A DNA stretch of 64,000 nt, from assembly GCF_006345805.1 (NCBI RefSeq), contig NC_042998.1:113832001-113896000 (forward strand), written 5' to 3'. Under the pieces are notes generated by a model, which was given only the letters and a program-made list of their open reading frames with translations, did not search any database and was not told the origin of the DNA. Every line of letters starts with the position of its first letter. Position 1 is the stretch's first letter. Below, one piece after another: positions 63,936 through 64,000 of the stretch. The translations under genes and the position numbers were made by a program. The stretch comes from Octopus sinensis. Taxonomy: Eukaryota.

Positions 63936-64000
63936 CATATATATATATATATATATTTATATACATAGATACATACATATATATGTGTGTATATACATAC

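Overview
AT-rich animal genomic DNA saturated with microsatellites and transposable elements. The SINE repertoire resembles that of Octopus or another coleoid cephalopod (inference from recalled repeat families; no search was run). No host protein-coding exon could be supported, so the window looks intronic or intergenic. Almost all ORF-track entries are microsatellite translations or TE remnants. Recognisable elements: a near full-length RTE LINE (about 56.7-60.7 kb, +), a 5'-truncated CR1 LINE (22.6-25.1 kb, -), a degenerate L1/Tx1 LINE (15.7-18.1 kb, -), a Penelope-like element with RT and GIY-YIG domains (52.6-54.1 kb, -), internally deleted mariner and IR/DR-type Tc1 transposons, short CR1, R4/Dong, RTE and L2-group fragments, and at least five tRNA-derived SINE families. 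The most interesting signal is two families of small non-autonomous elements carrying minimal type-I hammerhead ribozyme motifs with a palindromic AACGTT stem III. One family has a tRNA-derived Pol III head, and at both of its loci an inverted copy of its own 3' part sits upstream, which suggests a SINE mobilised by Penelope machinery. Other observations: a SINE that repeatedly nests into its own head at fixed junctions, a possible HDV-like fold at the RTE 5' end, locally templated insertions, twin long hairpins, and homogenised inner halves of the Tc1 TIRs. Counts and coordinates are manual and may be off by a few bases.
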